A DNA stretch of 50,339 nucleotides from a bacterium (GTDB taxonomy: Bacteria > Patescibacteriota > Minisyncoccia > Phycocordibacterales > Phycocordibacteraceae), in NCBI GenBank assembly GCA_021836725.1, contig JAKBHL010000005.1, positions 1 through 50,339 on the forward strand. The letters run 5' to 3'. Positions 48,734 to 50,339 of the stretch are shown in pieces. A program made the translations under genes and the position numbers. Position 1 is the stretch's first letter. Each line of letters begins with the position of its first letter. The notes under the pieces are model-generated. The model was not told the DNA's origin. It saw nothing but the letters and a program-made list of their open reading frames with translations, and did no database searches.

Positions 48734-49030
48734 ATGCAAGACGAATTATCCGCCGCTATCGCCGCCGATCTCGGCATCAAGGATCTTCCGCTTGAGGAGC
48801 AGCAGGCGCTCGTCGCGCATTTTGGCGAAGTGGCGCTCAAGGCCGCGACGCTCGCGGTAGTCGGAAAGCTCGCGGAAGATAAACGCGAGGCCTTCGCAAA
48901 GCTCGCGGAAGAGGGTAATGCGATGGCACTCAAGGCATTCCTCGACCGCGAGGTTCCCGGGCATGAAGAAGTCGCGAAAACCGCCGTCGCGGAGGAAGTA
49001 AAACGGTTCAAGGCCTTCCAGGCCGTGTAG
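48734..49030 (+). CDS. Small helical protein (DUF5663-like)
   Basis: DLGIKDLPLEEQQALV...; start set 7 nt after TATGAT, alternative starts 48722/48725. Confidence 0.6.
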   Translation: MQDELSAAIAADLGIKDLPLEEQQALVAHFGEVALKAATLAVVGKLAEDKREAFAKLAEEGNAMALKAFLDREVPGHEEVAKTAVAEEVKRFKAFQAV

Positions 49031-49064
49031 TAAAATCTCATCGTATTATTCACTTATCCACGCT

Positions 49065-49565
49065 ATGAAACCAACTCAGACCGGTATCGCCGTCGCGCTC
49101 GCACTTGTTGTGATTGCAATATTTTTCATTGTCCCGGGCCTCTCGCCGTTTCGCGCTCCTTCTTCGCCAAACGGAACATCCACTACTACCAATACTCAAA
49201 CTTCATCAACTACTATGCCAACTGTAAATCAGCTTCAGATTACCGATGAAGTCGTCGGTACCGGCGCCGTCGCCGCCGCGGGCGACACGGTAACCGTGAA
49301 CTACGTCGGTTCTTTGACCGATGGAACCGTCTTTGACGCTTCTGCCAATCACGGGACTGCGGGCTTCACCTTCACTCTCGGCGCCGGGCAAGTGATCAAG
49401 GGTTGGGATGAGGGCATCGTCGGCATGAGAGTCGGCGGCACGCGCAAACTCGTCATTCCCGCCGCTCTCGCCTACGGCTCTCAGGCAGTCGGTAATGTCA
49501 TTCCAGCGAACTCCACGCTCGTCTTTACGGTGGAGCTCCTGAAAGTGCAAGCACCGAAACCCTAA
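49065..49565 (+). CDS. FKBP-type peptidyl-prolyl cis-trans isomerase, membrane-anchored
   Basis: VNYVGSLTDGTVFDAS, GQVIKGWDEG, LVIPAALAYG, IPANSTLVF. Confidence 0.93.
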   Translation: MKPTQTGIAVALALVVIAIFFIVPGLSPFRAPSSPNGTSTTTNTQTSSTTMPTVNQLQITDEVVGTGAVAAAGDTVTVNYVGSLTDGTVFDASANHGTAGFTFTLGAGQVIKGWDEGIVGMRVGGTRKLVIPAALAYGSQAVGNVIPANSTLVFTVELLKVQAPKP

Positions 49566-49583
49566 CGTCGAAATAAAAAGAAA

Positions 49584-49616
49584 ATGGGCGCGAACTGCTT
49601 TGCAGTTCGCGCCCAT
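49584..49616. terminator. Terminator hairpin between convergent genes
   Basis: ATGGGCGCGAACTGC-TTT-GCAGTTCGCGCCCAT preceded by an A-rich run on the + strand. Confidence 0.75.
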
Positions 49617-49625
49617 CGCATTGGT

Positions 49626-50165
49626 TCAGTAGGGACTTTTCATGAGGATTCGTACCCGGTACTCGGGGAAGAGCCCGAAAACCTCTCGTCCGCAACTTTC
49701 GAACGTATATGTCTGTCCGCCCAAAGACACGATACCGTTGGCCATGCCGCCCAGGCTTGTCGCATCTCCGGTGTATCGGCCATATTGGCTGGGTACAGCA
49801 CCCGGGAAAGCCCGTGACCCGAGGTCGCCGCCGATATAACCGGCGACGCCGTAGAGCACGCCGTTTGAGAGGACCGAAACCAGGTCGTTCGGCCGTACGG
49901 TTCCGGTATAGAGACGACAGGCTTTTTCGGCAGCGGCGACGGCCGCCAGTTGCTGATCGCTCACCTTGCCCTTTACGATGAAGTTCAGTGCCAATTTATC
50001 TCTGGCCAGCATCCAATCCGGAACGGATTGATTGTGGGCCACGATCGTCGCCTGTCCGCCGTCGGGCATAGAGAGCGGAATTTCGCGAATCCCGCCGGGA
50101 CTGGCGCATGCGCCAAGCAGAAATACGGCCGCCAAAATGACGAGCCGGTGCAGTGTCGTTTTCAT
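49626..50165 (-). CDS. Putative lipoprotein with glycine-zipper-like segments
   Basis: Lipobox LLGAC; GAGGAG SD; upstream TTGACA-16 nt-TACTCT. Confidence 0.7.
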   Translation of the reverse strand: MKTTLHRLVILAAVFLLGACASPGGIREIPLSMPDGGQATIVAHNQSVPDWMLARDKLALNFIVKGKVSDQQLAAVAAAEKACRLYTGTVRPNDLVSVLSNGVLYGVAGYIGGDLGSRAFPGAVPSQYGRYTGDATSLGGMANGIVSLGGQTYTFESCGREVFGLFPEYRVRILMKSPY

Positions 50166-50286
50166 AAAAAGAACTCCTCATTTCGGGGCCGACTCGGGTT
50201 CGAGTCGGAGAAACCCCACCGGGTAGAAGAGTACACGCATATTTACATTTGTCAAATATCGCGTCGGTACGCTAGTGTGGTAGGCA

Positions 50287-50339
50287 ATGGGCGCGATTTC
50301 TTTCAGCATAGAGGCGCGGGCGCCGCAAAGCGGCGCCCG
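50287..50339 (+). CDS. Partial CDS at the window edge, possibly a tRNA-guanine transglycosylase N-terminus
   Basis: MGAISFSIEARAPQSGAR loosely resembles Tgt N-termini; only 18 codons visible. Confidence 0.3.
   Translation, partial: MGAISFSIEARAPQSGA

Noticed and set aside
49583-50296. 11-bp direct repeat AATGGGCGCGA flanking the lipoprotein gene as att sites
   Set aside because: One copy is a terminator arm and the other a probable start-codon region; it is short, GC-rich and no integrase is present.

Overview
GC-rich chromosomal segment of a Candidate Phyla Radiation bacterium, most likely Parcubacteria (Kaiserbacteria-like). The assignment is inferred from the short IF-2, DnaX and 4-domain S1, the VirB2/TrbC-type pilin array and a stand-alone VirD4-like ATPase; the genetic code is standard code 11. 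The window holds housekeeping genes (rpsA, gyrA, infB-rbfA, clpB, rpmG, miaA, ahpC, parB, rel, topA, dprA, serS, dus, dnaX), 7 tRNAs, six tandem pilin paralogues next to an orphan solute-binding protein, a pilin fused to a lysozyme-like domain, and small accessory islets beside tRNAs, one carrying a HEPN-motif gene and a GIY-YIG gene. The most striking unexplained signal is a dispersed intergenic structured element. Four related copies of about 130-175 bp each begin exactly at a TAG stop codon, and two have TAGAA(C/T)CC...GGGTTCTA ends. A fifth, diverged copy after clpB has the same 65-nt three-way-junction core, differing by 8 fully compensatory base pairs. Other notable signals: short triloop palindromes inside miaA, a pervasive leaderless (-10 box then ATG) gene-start layout, and two 23-bp divergent intergenic regions that each carry the palindromic -10 box AGTATACT. 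No CRISPR array, rRNA or transposase was seen.
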